Assembly: GCA_965206595.1 (NCBI GenBank)
Contig: OZ242214.1
Span: 5,760,001 to 5,824,000, forward strand
Reading direction: 5' to 3'
Length of the DNA: 64,000 nt
Source of the DNA: Candidatus Latescibacterota bacterium
GTDB lineage: Bacteria > Latescibacterota > UBA2968 > UBA8231
The notes under the pieces are model-generated. The model made no database searches. It was not told the DNA's origin and saw nothing but the letters and a program-made list of their open reading frames with translations. Below, in pieces: positions 54,616 to 64,000 of the stretch (positions are counted from its first letter, which is position 1; each line of letters opens with the position of its first letter). A program made the position numbers and the translations under genes.

Positions 54616-56451
54616 ATGTCTGTGGCTACCTGTCCCAAACGCCTTCTGATACCCTGCCTCCTGGCCGCCGCGGCGCTTGTCGCCGGCGTGCAGGAGATCG
54701 AGCGCGGCCACGCCCTCGGCATTCACTCCGAGGTCAAGTACGGCCCCGACTATCAGCACTTCGACTACGTGAACCCCAACGCCCCCAAAGGGGGGGAGCT
54801 GCGCCTGGCGGTCGTCGGCACCTTCGACAATCTCAACCCGTTCATCCTCAAGGGGATAGCCGCAGCGGGCACGCGGATGATCTACAGCCGCCTGTGCACG
54901 AAGTCGCTCGACGAGCCGCTCAGCGAGTACGGCCAGCTCGCCGAGGTCATCGAGTGCCCGGCAGACCGCTCCTGGGTCACCTTCCACCTCAGACCGGAGG
55001 CGCGCTGGCACGACGGGGTCGCGGTCACCCCGGCGGACGTCATCTTCACCTTCGAGACGCTGATCGCCAGGGGCACGCCGTTCTACCGCAGCTTCTACGC
55101 CGACGTCGACACAGTCGAGCAGCTCGGCGAACACGCGGTGAGATTCCGCTTCGCTCCGGGAACCAGCAACCGCGAGCTGCCCCTCATCCTCGGACAGCTG
55201 CGCATCCTCCCGAAGCACTACTGGCAGGGGCGCGACTTCGCCGAGACGACTCTGGAGCCGCCGCTCGGCAGCGGTCCCTACCGGATCGCCGCGGTCGACC
55301 CGGGCCGCTCGATCACCTACGAACGCGTCGCCGGCAACTGGGACGAGGAGCTTCCGGTGCAGCGCGGGCACCACAACTTCGACAGGATCCGCTACGAGTA
55401 CTACCGCGACGAGACGGTGGCGGTCGAGGCCTTCAAGGCCGGGGAGTACGACCTGCGCTTCGCCTCCAGCCCCGGGGAGTGGGCCACGGGGTACGACGTC
55501 GAGCCGGTGAAGCGGGGGCTGCTGATTCGCGAGGCGATCCCCCACGAAATGATCCGCGGCATGAGCGGGTTCGTGTTCAACACCCGCCGCGAGAAGTTCG
55601 CCGATCCCAGGGTGCGCGAGGCCCTGGCTTACGCCTTCGATTTCGAGTGGACGAACGCGACGCTGTTCCACGACCTCTACCAGCGGACGCGCAGCTATTT
55701 CGAGAATTCCGAGCTCGCCGCGACCGGCCTGCCGGAAGGGAAGGAACTGGAGATCCTCAGCGGTTTTCGCGGCCGCTTGCCCGAAGCGCTGTTCAGCGAG
55801 CCGTACCGTCCGCCCTCGACGGAAGGGGGCGGCCAACTGCGGGCCAACCTGCGCACCTCCCGCGGCCTGCTCGTCGAAGCGGGGTGGCAGGTCGGGGAGG
55901 AGGGACTGACGCACCGCGAGTCGGGCGAGGTCATGGAGATCGAGTTTCTGCTCGTGCGGCCGCTCTACGAGCGCGTCGTCGCCCCGATGCAGAAGAACCT
56001 CGAACGGCTCGGCATCGGCTCCCGCATCCGCACCGTCGACGCCGCCCAGTACTGGAACCGCCTGCAGCAGTTCGACTACGACGTCATCGCGCGCTCGTGG
56101 AACCAGTACCTGAGCCCGGGGAACGAGCAGCGCAACTACTGGACGACGGCCGCGGCTTCGGCTCCAGGCAGCCGCAATTACCCCGGCATCAGGGACCCGG
56201 TGGTCGACGAGCTAGTCGAGCGCGTCATCTCCGCCCAGGACCGGGGGACGCAGGTGGCCACCGCCCGCGCTCTCGACCGCGTGCTGCTGTGGGGGCACTA
56301 CGTCATCCCCCACTGGCACAGCCGCGAGCACCTGGTCATTTACTGGGACAAGTTCGGCCGGCCCGAGGTGCTGCCGAGAAACGACCTCGCCCCGGTCCGC
56401 ACCTGGTGGGTCGACCCGGTCAGGGAGGCGCGGCTGCGGGAGCGCCGCTGA
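54616..56451 (+). CDS. YejA-like extracellular solute-binding protein (family 5)
   Basis: HFDYVNPNAPKGG, FDNLNPF, PLGSGPY, AFDFEWTN, SPGNEQ, RALDRVL. Confidence 0.92.
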   Translation: MSVATCPKRLLIPCLLAAAALVAGVQEIERGHALGIHSEVKYGPDYQHFDYVNPNAPKGGELRLAVVGTFDNLNPFILKGIAAAGTRMIYSRLCTKSLDEPLSEYGQLAEVIECPADRSWVTFHLRPEARWHDGVAVTPADVIFTFETLIARGTPFYRSFYADVDTVEQLGEHAVRFRFAPGTSNRELPLILGQLRILPKHYWQGRDFAETTLEPPLGSGPYRIAAVDPGRSITYERVAGNWDEELPVQRGHHNFDRIRYEYYRDETVAVEAFKAGEYDLRFASSPGEWATGYDVEPVKRGLLIREAIPHEMIRGMSGFVFNTRREKFADPRVREALAYAFDFEWTNATLFHDLYQRTRSYFENSELAATGLPEGKELEILSGFRGRLPEALFSEPYRPPSTEGGGQLRANLRTSRGLLVEAGWQVGEEGLTHRESGEVMEIEFLLVRPLYERVVAPMQKNLERLGIGSRIRTVDAAQYWNRLQQFDYDVIARSWNQYLSPGNEQRNYWTTAAASAPGSRNYPGIRDPVVDELVERVISAQDRGTQVATARALDRVLLWGHYVIPHWHSREHLVIYWDKFGRPEVLPRNDLAPVRTWWVDPVREARLRERR

Positions 56452-56691
56452 CCAGCCTTGCCGCGCGGGTTCGCAGCGAGGGGGAAACGCTATTTCGCGT
56501 CGTTTCGGCGGGAAGCCGGCGCAAAACCGAAGCGCCGGCGGTCGTTGAACAATGCCCCGGGTTGTCGGCCCAGGGGCATCGGGAAACGTTTCAGCCGGGA
56601 GATGTAACAGAGGCTCTCGCCCCCCGGGACACACCGCCGACCCCGGGAGCAGGCCCAGAGCGGAGCACCGGTGATTTCAACGCCGGCCCCG

Positions 56692-58308
56692 TCAGTCCCC
56701 CTCACCATGACCGAGCGTCTCGACAGCGAACGCCGCGGCGATCAGCTCCTTCGTGTAGCGCTGCTTCGGGGCCTCGAAGATCTCCCGCGCAGGCCCCTGC
56801 TCGACCACCTTGCCGTCTTTCATCACGATCAGCTCGGCGGCCAGGGCGCGGACCACCTTCAGGTCGTGGCTGATGAACAAGTAGGCGAGGCCCTTGCGCC
56901 GCTGCAGGTCGAGCAGCAACTCGACGATCTGCGCCTGCACAGTGCGGTCGAGGGCGCTGGTCGGTTCGTCGAGAACCACCAGCCGCGGCTCGAGCACCAT
57001 GGCGCGGGCGATGGCGATCCGCTGCCGCTGCCCACCGGAGAACTCGTGCGGGAAGCGGTCCATGCTCTCCGGGTCGAGGCCGACCTCCGACATCGCCCCG
57101 GCGACCCGCTGCCGCCGCTCCTCCCGGCGCTCGCCGATGCGGTGAATCTGCAGTCCCTCCTCGATGATCTGAAAGGCCGACAGCCGCGGGCTCAGCGAGG
57201 CGAAGGGGTCCTGGAAGACGATCTGCATCTGCCGCCGCAGCGGGCGCACCTCCTTCTGCCGCCAGCCCTGGATGTCGCGGCCTTCGAACTCGATAGAGCC
57301 GGCGCTCGACAGCAGGCGCAGCACCGCCTGAGCCAGGGTCGTCTTGCCCGATCCCGATTCCCCGACGACGCCGACGGTCTCGCCGGCGCGCAGGCGCAGG
57401 GACACCCCGTCGACGGCTTTCACGTGTCCAACAGTCCTGCGCAGCAGGCCGCGCCGGATCGGGAAGTGGACCTTGAGATCGCGGGTGCGCACCACCTCGG
57501 GGGCGTTCTCGTCGACCGGCGCCGGCTCCCCCCGGGGCTCGGCCGCCAGCAGCCGGCGGGTGTAGGGATGGCGCGGTCCGGTGAAGATCGCCTCGGTGGC
57601 CCCCTCCTCGACGACCTCGCCCTCCGTCATCGCGTAGACGCGGCCGGCGACGCGGCGGACGATCCCGAGGTCGTGGGTGATCAGCAGGATCGCCAGGCCG
57701 GAGCGCCGCTGCAGGTCGCGCAGCAGCTCGAGGATCTGCGCCTGAATGGTGACGTCGAGGGCGGTCGTCGGCTCGTCGGCGATCAGCAGGTCCGGCTCGT
57801 TGGCAAGGGCCATGGCGATCATCACGCGCTGGCGCTGACCCCCGGAAAGCTGGTGCGGCCAGGCGTCGAGGCGCTCCTCGTCCGGCAGGCCGACCAGATG
57901 CAGCAACTCCAGGGTGCGCTCCCGGGCTTCCTGGCGGCTCACCTCCCGGTGCAGCATCAGGCTCTCGCTGACCTGCCGCTCTATCGAATGCAGCGGGTTC
58001 AGCGAGGTCATCGGCTCTTGGAAGATCATCGCCGCGCGTCCGCCCCGCAGGGCCCGCAGGCGCTCCGGCGCCGCCCCGATCAGCTCTTCCCCGTCAAAGC
58101 GGATGCTGCCGTGCGGGTGGCTGGCCCGCGGGTAGGGAAGCAGCTGCATCACCGACAGCGCGGTCACCGACTTGCCTGAGCCCGACTCCCCGACCAGGGC
58201 GACGGTCTCCCCCTTTTCGACGGCGAGGGTGGCGTTACGTACGGCGTGCACCGGCCCCTCTTCGAGGTGGAAGTCGACGCCGAGCTGGTCGATGGCCAGC
58301 AGGCTCAC
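56692..58308 (-). CDS. yejF: Dual-domain ABC ATP-binding protein (YejF)
   Basis: Two GESGSGK Walker A and two (L/F)SGGQRQR signatures; GTG start overlaps the yejE stop. Confidence 0.9.
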   Translation of the reverse strand: MSLLAIDQLGVDFHLEEGPVHAVRNATLAVEKGETVALVGESGSGKSVTALSVMQLLPYPRASHPHGSIRFDGEELIGAAPERLRALRGGRAAMIFQEPMTSLNPLHSIERQVSESLMLHREVSRQEARERTLELLHLVGLPDEERLDAWPHQLSGGQRQRVMIAMALANEPDLLIADEPTTALDVTIQAQILELLRDLQRRSGLAILLITHDLGIVRRVAGRVYAMTEGEVVEEGATEAIFTGPRHPYTRRLLAAEPRGEPAPVDENAPEVVRTRDLKVHFPIRRGLLRRTVGHVKAVDGVSLRLRAGETVGVVGESGSGKTTLAQAVLRLLSSAGSIEFEGRDIQGWRQKEVRPLRRQMQIVFQDPFASLSPRLSAFQIIEEGLQIHRIGERREERRQRVAGAMSEVGLDPESMDRFPHEFSGGQRQRIAIARAMVLEPRLVVLDEPTSALDRTVQAQIVELLLDLQRRKGLAYLFISHDLKVVRALAAELIVMKDGKVVEQGPAREIFEAPKQRYTKELIAAAFAVETLGHGEGD

Positions 58309-59420
58309 GAGCCACCTCCCGGAAGGCCGGTCTCGGCCGCGGCGAAGGTCTTGCGCGGGTCGAAGGCGTCGCGCACCGCCTCTCCGATGAAGACGAGCAG
58401 CGACAGCATGACCGCCAGGGAGAAGAACGCGGCGAAGCCGAGCCAGGGGGCCTGCAGGTTGCGTTTCCCCTGGTTGAGGAGCTCTCCCAGCGACGGCGAC
58501 CCGGGGGGCAGGCCGAAGCCGAGAAAATCGAGGGAGGTCAGCACCGTGACCGAGCCGGTGAGGATGAAGGGCAGGAACGTCAGCGTCGAGACCATGGCGT
58601 TCGGCAGCACGTGCCGCCACATGATGCGCCGGTCGCTCTGCCCGAGGGCGCGGGCGGCCTTGACGAAGTCGAGGTTGCGGGCCCGCAGGAACTCGGCGCG
58701 GACGACTCCGACCAGCCCCATCCAGCGGAACAGCAGAAGCAGCCCCAGCAGCCACCAGAAGTTCGGCTCGACCACGCTCGCCAGGATGATCAGCAGGTAG
58801 AGCAACGGCAGCCCCTGCCAGATCTCGATGAAGCGCTGGAAGAGCAGGTCGACCCAGCCGCCGAAGTACCCCTGGACGGCCCCGGCGGCGATGCCGGCGG
58901 CGGCGCTGAAGAGGGTCAGCAGGAGGCCGAACAGCACCGAGATGCGGTACCCGTAGATCAGGCGGGCGGCGACGTCGCGGGCCTGGTCGTCGGTGCCGAG
59001 CCAGTTGCCGCCGTCCGGAGGAGAGGGGGCCGGCTGCGCGAGGTCGTAGTTGACGGTGTCGTAGCTGAAGGGGATGGGGGGCCACAGGATCCAGCCCTTC
59101 TCCTCGATGAGCCCGGCGACGAACGGGTCGCGGTATTCCGCCGCGGTCTCGAAGTCGCCGCCGAAGGCGGTCTCGGGGTAGGCGGCGAGGACGGGGAAGT
59201 AGAAGGAGCTGTCGAACCTCACCACGAGGGGGCGGTCGTTAGCGATGAACTCGGCCGGCAGGCTGAGGGCGAACAGGAGCCAGAAGACCCGGTTGCTCCA
59301 GAAGCCGCGGCGGTTGCGGCGGAAGTTGGCGAGCCGGCGCTGGTTGAGCCGCGACAGCCGCATCCCGAGGAAGCGCGCTTCCGTTTCGGCGGGCGGCGAT
59401 GCTGTGGTTCCGGGGCTCAC
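58305..59420 (-). CDS. yejE: ABC permease (YejE)
   Basis: [44 protein letters not shown]. Confidence 0.9.
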   Translation of the reverse strand: MSPGTTASPPAETEARFLGMRLSRLNQRRLANFRRNRRGFWSNRVFWLLFALSLPAEFIANDRPLVVRFDSSFYFPVLAAYPETAFGGDFETAAEYRDPFVAGLIEEKGWILWPPIPFSYDTVNYDLAQPAPSPPDGGNWLGTDDQARDVAARLIYGYRISVLFGLLLTLFSAAAGIAAGAVQGYFGGWVDLLFQRFIEIWQGLPLLYLLIILASVVEPNFWWLLGLLLLFRWMGLVGVVRAEFLRARNLDFVKAARALGQSDRRIMWRHVLPNAMVSTLTFLPFILTGSVTVLTSLDFLGFGLPPGSPSLGELLNQGKRNLQAPWLGFAAFFSLAVMLSLLVFIGEAVRDAFDPRKTFAAAETGLPGGGS

Positions 59421-60514
59421 AGCTCGCGGCTCTCGAAGTCGATGCGCCGGTCGACGAGTGTGTAGGTCAGGTCCCCCACCAGCTGCATCACCAGTCCGAG
59501 GAGGGTGAAGAAGTAGAGGGTCGCGAACATCACCGGGTAGTCGCGGCCGATCGCCGCTTCGTAGCCGAGCAGCCCGAGGCCGTCGAGGGAGAAGATGATC
59601 TCGGTCAGCAGCGCCCCGGTGAAGAAGATGTCGACGAAGGCGCTCGGAAAACCGGCAATGACGATGAGCATGGCGTTGCGGAAGACGTGGCCGTAGAGGA
59701 CGCTGCCCTCGCTCAGCCCCTTGGCGCGGGCGGTGACCACGTACTGCTTGTTGACCTCGTCGAGGAAGGAGTTCTTGGTCAGCAGCGTCAGTCCGGCGAA
59801 GCCGCCGATCACCATGGCGCATACCGGCAGCGCCAGGTGCCAGAAGTAGTCGGCGATCCTCGAGAAGAAGCCGAGCTCCTCCCAGTTGGAGGAGACCAGC
59901 CCGCGCAGGGGAAACCAGTCGAGGTAGTGGCCGCCGGAGAACAGCACGATCAGCAGGATGGCGAACAGGAAGCTCGGGATCGCGTAGCCGACGATGACCA
60001 CCGCGGAGGTCCAGACGTCGAACCGCGTCCCGTCCTTCACCGCCTTGGCGATCCCGAGGGGAATGGAGATGCAATAGACGAGCAGCGTCGTCCACAGCCC
60101 CAGCGAGATCGACACCGGCATCTTTTCCCGCACCAGGTCGACGACGCTCCGGTCGCGGTAGAAACTCTCGCCGAAGTCGAAAGAGACGTACTGCACGACC
60201 ATCTGCCGGAAGCGCTCGTGGGCGGGCTTGTCGAAGCCGTACATGCGCTCGAGTTCGGCTATCAGGTCGGGGTCGAGGCCCTGGGCGCCGCGGTACTTGC
60301 CGGCCCCTTCCCCGGCGCCCAGGGCCTCGAGCGCCTCCCCTTCGCCGGCGCCGCTCACCCGCGCCGTGGCATCCGGCGCGTGCCCCTGGATGAGGGCGAT
60401 GGCCTGCTCCACCGGACCCCCGGGGGCCGCCTGGATGACGAGGAAGTTGACGAGCATGACGCCGAACAGGGTCGGCACCATGAGCAGCAGCCGCCGCAGG
60501 ATGTAGGCGGTCAT
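59417..60514 (-). CDS. yejB: ABC permease (YejB)
   Basis: [40 protein letters not shown]. Confidence 0.92.
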   Translation of the reverse strand: MTAYILRRLLLMVPTLFGVMLVNFLVIQAAPGGPVEQAIALIQGHAPDATARVSGAGEGEALEALGAGEGAGKYRGAQGLDPDLIAELERMYGFDKPAHERFRQMVVQYVSFDFGESFYRDRSVVDLVREKMPVSISLGLWTTLLVYCISIPLGIAKAVKDGTRFDVWTSAVVIVGYAIPSFLFAILLIVLFSGGHYLDWFPLRGLVSSNWEELGFFSRIADYFWHLALPVCAMVIGGFAGLTLLTKNSFLDEVNKQYVVTARAKGLSEGSVLYGHVFRNAMLIVIAGFPSAFVDIFFTGALLTEIIFSLDGLGLLGYEAAIGRDYPVMFATLYFFTLLGLVMQLVGDLTYTLVDRRIDFESREL

Positions 60515-60596
60515 TCGGTGGGCCGTCCCATCAGCCGCCTGGTTCGCGGGAGCCCCGGCGGCTGATTTCCGTCAACCTGTTTCCGGAGGCGGGACA

Positions 60597-62420
60597 CTAC
60601 TCGGTCTTCTGCAGCCGAGACGCTTTCTCCGCGTCGTACCACCAGGTCAGCGGCAGCACGAACAGGTCTCCGGTGTACGGGGCGGTCTTTTGCGGCCGCC
60701 CGAACTTGTCCCAGCGCAGGGTGCGGAAGGCGTTGATATGCCAGTGGGGGATGACGTAGTGCCCCCGCAGCAGCACCCGGTCCAGGGCCCGGGTCAGCGC
60801 GACCAGCTCGGCCCGGTCCGAAGCGGCGATCAGCCGGTCGACCAGCTCGTCGACCACCGGGTCGGCGATGCCGGCGAGGTTGCCGCTGCCGGGCTTTGCC
60901 GCGGCGGCGCCCGTCCAGTAGTTGCGCTGCTCGTTGCCCGGGCTCAGGCTCTGGGCCCGCACCGTGGTGACGATGTCGAAGTCGAACTCCTGAACCCGGT
61001 TCTGGTACTGGGCGTCGTCGACGGTGCGGATCCGCGCCGCGATCCCGAGGCGCTCGAGGTTGCCGATCACCGGGGCGACGATGCGCTCCCAGTTCGGGCT
61101 GCCCAACAGGAATTCGATCTCCATCGTCTTCCCGGTCTCCGCGTGCGTCAGGGTGCCGTCCTTGACGCTCCAGCCGGCCTCCTTGAGAAGCCGCGTGGCG
61201 GCGCGCAGGTTGCCGCGGATCTGCCCCGAGCCGTCCGTGCTCGGCGGGTCGTAGGCCTGGCCGAACACCTCGTCGGGGATTCTGCCTCGGTACCCCTCGA
61301 GGATCTCCAACTCGCGGCCCGACGGCGATCCCGAGGAGGCGAGCTCGGAGTTCGAGAAGAAGCTTTTCGTGCGGGTGTACTGGCCGTAGAAGAGGTTGGC
61401 GTTGGTCCACTCGAAGTCGAAGGCGAACCCCAGGGCCTGCCGCACCTTGGGGTCGGCGAACTTCCCGCGCCTGGTGTTGAACCAGAAGGCCTGCATGCCG
61501 GTCGGTCTCTGGTGGGGGATCAGCTCCTTGATCAACCTGCCCTCGCGGACCGCGTCGACATCGTACGCGGTCGCCCAGTCCTTGGAGGTGTTCTCCGAGC
61601 GGTAGTCGAACTCCCCCGCCTTCAAGGCCTCGATGGCCACCGTCTGGTCGCGGTAGAAGTCGAAGTGCACCCGGTCGAAGTTGTAGCGCCCCTTGTTTAC
61701 CGGCAGGTCCCGGCCCCAGTAGTCGTCGACCCTCTCGTAGGCAATGAAACGCCCCGCCTCGACCGCGGCGATCCGGTAGGGCCCGCTTCCCGGGGGCGGA
61801 TCGAGGGTCGTCTCCTCGAAGTCGCGGCCTTCCCAGTAATGCCTGGGCAGCACCGGGAACTGCCCGGCGATCATGGGAAGCTCCCGGTTGAGGTCGCCCC
61901 CGAAGCTCATCTTCACCCGGCGCGGGCCGATCTTTTCGGCGCTCTCGATGTTCTCGTAGTAGGCGCGCCAGCCGGGGTGCCCCCTGGTCTGAAGCAGTTG
62001 CAGCGAGTACACGACGTCCTCCGCGGTGACCGGCTTGTCGTCGTGCCAGCGGGCTTCCTCGCGCAGCTCGAAGATCACCCAGCGTCCGTCGGCGTCGATC
62101 TCGATGCTTTCGGCGAGGCGGCCGTACTCGGAGAACGCCTCGTCCTCGGCGCGCTCGAGCAGGGACTCGTAGAGGAGCTGGTCCATCCTCGGCGGGGAGA
62201 TTCCCTTGAGGACGAACGGATTGAGGCTGTCGAAGGTGCCGATGGTACCGAGCCGGATCTCGCCCCCTTTGGGGGCCTCGGGGTTCACGTACTCGAAATG
62301 GGTGAAACCGGGACCGTACTTGAGGTCGCCGTGCAGGGCGGCGCCGTGGCCGGTGTAGTTGCCCGCGGTCAGAGGGAGGGCAGCGGCGAGCACGCCGATA
62401 AGGCCAGTCAGTGATTTCAT
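60597..62420 (-). CDS. yejA: Extracellular solute-binding protein (YejA)
   Basis: FEYVNPEAPKGG, FDSLNPF, AFDFEWTN, SPGNEQ; first gene of yejABEF. Confidence 0.92.
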   Translation of the reverse strand: MKSLTGLIGVLAAALPLTAGNYTGHGAALHGDLKYGPGFTHFEYVNPEAPKGGEIRLGTIGTFDSLNPFVLKGISPPRMDQLLYESLLERAEDEAFSEYGRLAESIEIDADGRWVIFELREEARWHDDKPVTAEDVVYSLQLLQTRGHPGWRAYYENIESAEKIGPRRVKMSFGGDLNRELPMIAGQFPVLPRHYWEGRDFEETTLDPPPGSGPYRIAAVEAGRFIAYERVDDYWGRDLPVNKGRYNFDRVHFDFYRDQTVAIEALKAGEFDYRSENTSKDWATAYDVDAVREGRLIKELIPHQRPTGMQAFWFNTRRGKFADPKVRQALGFAFDFEWTNANLFYGQYTRTKSFFSNSELASSGSPSGRELEILEGYRGRIPDEVFGQAYDPPSTDGSGQIRGNLRAATRLLKEAGWSVKDGTLTHAETGKTMEIEFLLGSPNWERIVAPVIGNLERLGIAARIRTVDDAQYQNRVQEFDFDIVTTVRAQSLSPGNEQRNYWTGAAAAKPGSGNLAGIADPVVDELVDRLIAASDRAELVALTRALDRVLLRGHYVIPHWHINAFRTLRWDKFGRPQKTAPYTGDLFVLPLTWWYDAEKASRLQKTE

Positions 62421-62456
62421 TTGTGTCGTCGGTTCCTGTATTGAATGGTAGCGAGC

Positions 62457-63323
62457 CTAAACGGGCATTTCGCGCCGGGTGTGCCTTCTGCCGATGGCGG
62501 CCGCTGCTTCCGAGGTGCTGATGATCCGCACCCCCTCGTCGATCGCCTCCCTGATGTTTTCCTCGCCGGCGCCGTCGAGAAAGGCGAGGCCGTTGGCGTC
62601 GCAGGCCGCCTTCACCCGGTCGCGGATTTCCAGCATCTCGTCGGAGAACGGCTGACTGCGGATCATCTCGCCGTGCGACCAGTGGTTGTCTCCCGGGCCC
62701 CATTCGGCGAAGGCGATCCCCGGAACCTTGAGCGTCTCCTCGACGTTTTCCACGGCCCTCCGGTTCTCGATCTTGAGGCCGAGCATCAGCTCCCCTTCCG
62801 GGTTGAGAGGCCAGAAGTCGGCGCGGCGGAGATACTCCTCCACCGGCACTCCCCAGATCGCCGCGGCCGAGCCCTGGCCGCCGTTGCCGCGCCGCCCCTG
62901 GCCGACCCGGTCCCGGGCCACCGTCTGGAAGGAGTAGCGGCACTCCTCGACGAGGGCGGCGACCGCGCCGGGGGAGTCGGCGTGGCAGAGCAGGATCCCG
63001 TGGACGCCGCGGTCGAGCACCTGCTCGAACAGCCAGGCGTTGGCGCGCACCACCGCCTCGCTCGATCCGTCCGGAGGCAGGTCGGCGATCACCGCCGGCG
63101 TCGGATGGCCGCTGCGCGTCGGGCCCGCGGCCTTCATGCCCTTCATGAAACTGTCGAGCCCAGGCAGGTCGAAGGTGCCGTGCTCCATGCTGACGTTGAT
63201 GTAGTCGGCGTGGGTGCCGGCCATTTCCAGGCCCGCCTCATAGCTGACGGCGCTGAAGCCGGTGTAGTAGACAGGCTGGTCTTGCTCCAGCAGCTCGATG
63301 GCGCGGTTGATGCGCTTCGGCAT
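62457..63323 (-). CDS. HpcH/HpaI aldolase/citrate-lyase family protein
   Basis: MEHG, LDRGVHGILL, LKIE, FAEWGPGD; start reassigned to MPKRIN after a GAGGAG RBS. Confidence 0.85.
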   Translation of the reverse strand: MPKRINRAIELLEQDQPVYYTGFSAVSYEAGLEMAGTHADYINVSMEHGTFDLPGLDSFMKGMKAAGPTRSGHPTPAVIADLPPDGSSEAVVRANAWLFEQVLDRGVHGILLCHADSPGAVAALVEECRYSFQTVARDRVGQGRRGNGGQGSAAAIWGVPVEEYLRRADFWPLNPEGELMLGLKIENRRAVENVEETLKVPGIAFAEWGPGDNHWSHGEMIRSQPFSDEMLEIRDRVKAACDANGLAFLDGAGEENIREAIDEGVRIISTSEAAAAIGRRHTRREMPV

Positions 63324-63449
63324 GTTCGACTCCTCGTTCGGGGACAGCGGTTGACGTAGGGCGGAAGCGGCATTGGCGTCAACCTGGATGCCCCCCAGGG
63401 GCCGGCTTAGATTCCCGCGGTTTACCCTTGGGAAACCAGCGAGATATCC

Positions 63450-64000
63450 ATGAAAATCCTCGTGAATGCCGATCTCATCGACGTCGACGGCGCCCTCCTC
63501 GACCGGGTGCGCGCCGCAGCCGGCGACCTCGAAGTGATCGTGACGACGGACGCCGACCGCATCGAGCAGGTGATACCCGACGTCCAAGTCGTACTTGGCG
63601 ACATCGGGGCCGAACTCCTCCGCAAGGCTCCGAACCTGCGCTGGGTTCAGAGCCCGGCCGCCGGCGTCGACGGCGCCCTCTATTCCGAATTCGCAGACAG
63701 CGACATCCTCCTCACCAGCGCCAAGGGGTTCGTCGGCGTCCACCTCGCCGAGCACGCCATGGGCCTGCTGCTCGCGGTGACCCGCGGCATCGGCTGGGCG
63801 GTGCGCGCCCTCGACTGGGAGGTGAAGTGGTCGATCCGCAACAGCTCCCTGGAGCTGTGGGGCCTGACCATGGGGATCGTCGGCCTCGGCGGAACCGGGC
63901 GCGAGCTGGCGAAAAGAGCGCGCGCCTTCGGCATGCGCGTCATCGCCGTCGATCCGGAATCGGTCGATCTCCCCGAAGAGGTCGAGGCCTGCTGGAGAAT
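63450..64000 (+). CDS. D-2-hydroxyacid dehydrogenase family (runs off the right window edge)
   Basis: Manual translation: MKILVN...LRWVQSPAAGVD...LAEHAMGLLL...GIVGLGGTG...AFGMRVIAVD. Confidence 0.88.
   Translation, partial: MKILVNADLIDVDGALLDRVRAAAGDLEVIVTTDADRIEQVIPDVQVVLGDIGAELLRKAPNLRWVQSPAAGVDGALYSEFADSDILLTSAKGFVGVHLAEHAMGLLLAVTRGIGWAVRALDWEVKWSIRNSSLELWGLTMGIVGLGGTGRELAKRARAFGMRVIAVDPESVDLPEEVEACWR

Noticed and set aside
56452-56690. Hairpin-rich gap between convergent yejA and yejF
   Set aside because: Explained by termination structures in GC-rich DNA; no promoter or recognisable motif.

Overview
High-GC bacterial window with no rRNA, tRNA or CRISPR array. C-terminal sorting motifs (QNYPNPFNP/QNAPNPFNA; AVESVSWARIKASL) and the regulator-propeller proteins suggest an FCB-superphylum organism, most like Ca. 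Latescibacterota and possibly a marine or host-associated lineage (inference). Contents from left to right: a two-permease RND efflux operon; an ArsS radical-SAM locus with divergent flavin/4Fe-4S membrane redox genes, one intact and two decayed; YyaL, GGT and a cysteine hydrolase; a propeller protein; a promoter- and terminator-bounded, highly structured ~300-nt non-coding unit at 24365-24700; hemA plus a CcsA/HemX-like gene; a decayed island at 28-40 kb; LacI; a degenerate kinase-wHTH fusion; a TonB-dependent receptor; a VIT-vWA protein; two PhyH dioxygenases; an enolase-superfamily enzyme; yejABEF with a second yejA; an aldolase; and a partial 2-hydroxyacid dehydrogenase. The decayed island holds a sigma54 sensor/regulator, IS5, a Cys/His-rich small ORF inside an inverted repeat, a repeat-containing TlpA and a YtrA-type ABC operon. 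The best candidates for novelty are the structured RNA with twin Shine-Dalgarno motifs, the inverted-repeat-enclosed Cys/His peptide and the ArsS-linked redox module. All calls come from motif recognition by eye; no database searches were run.
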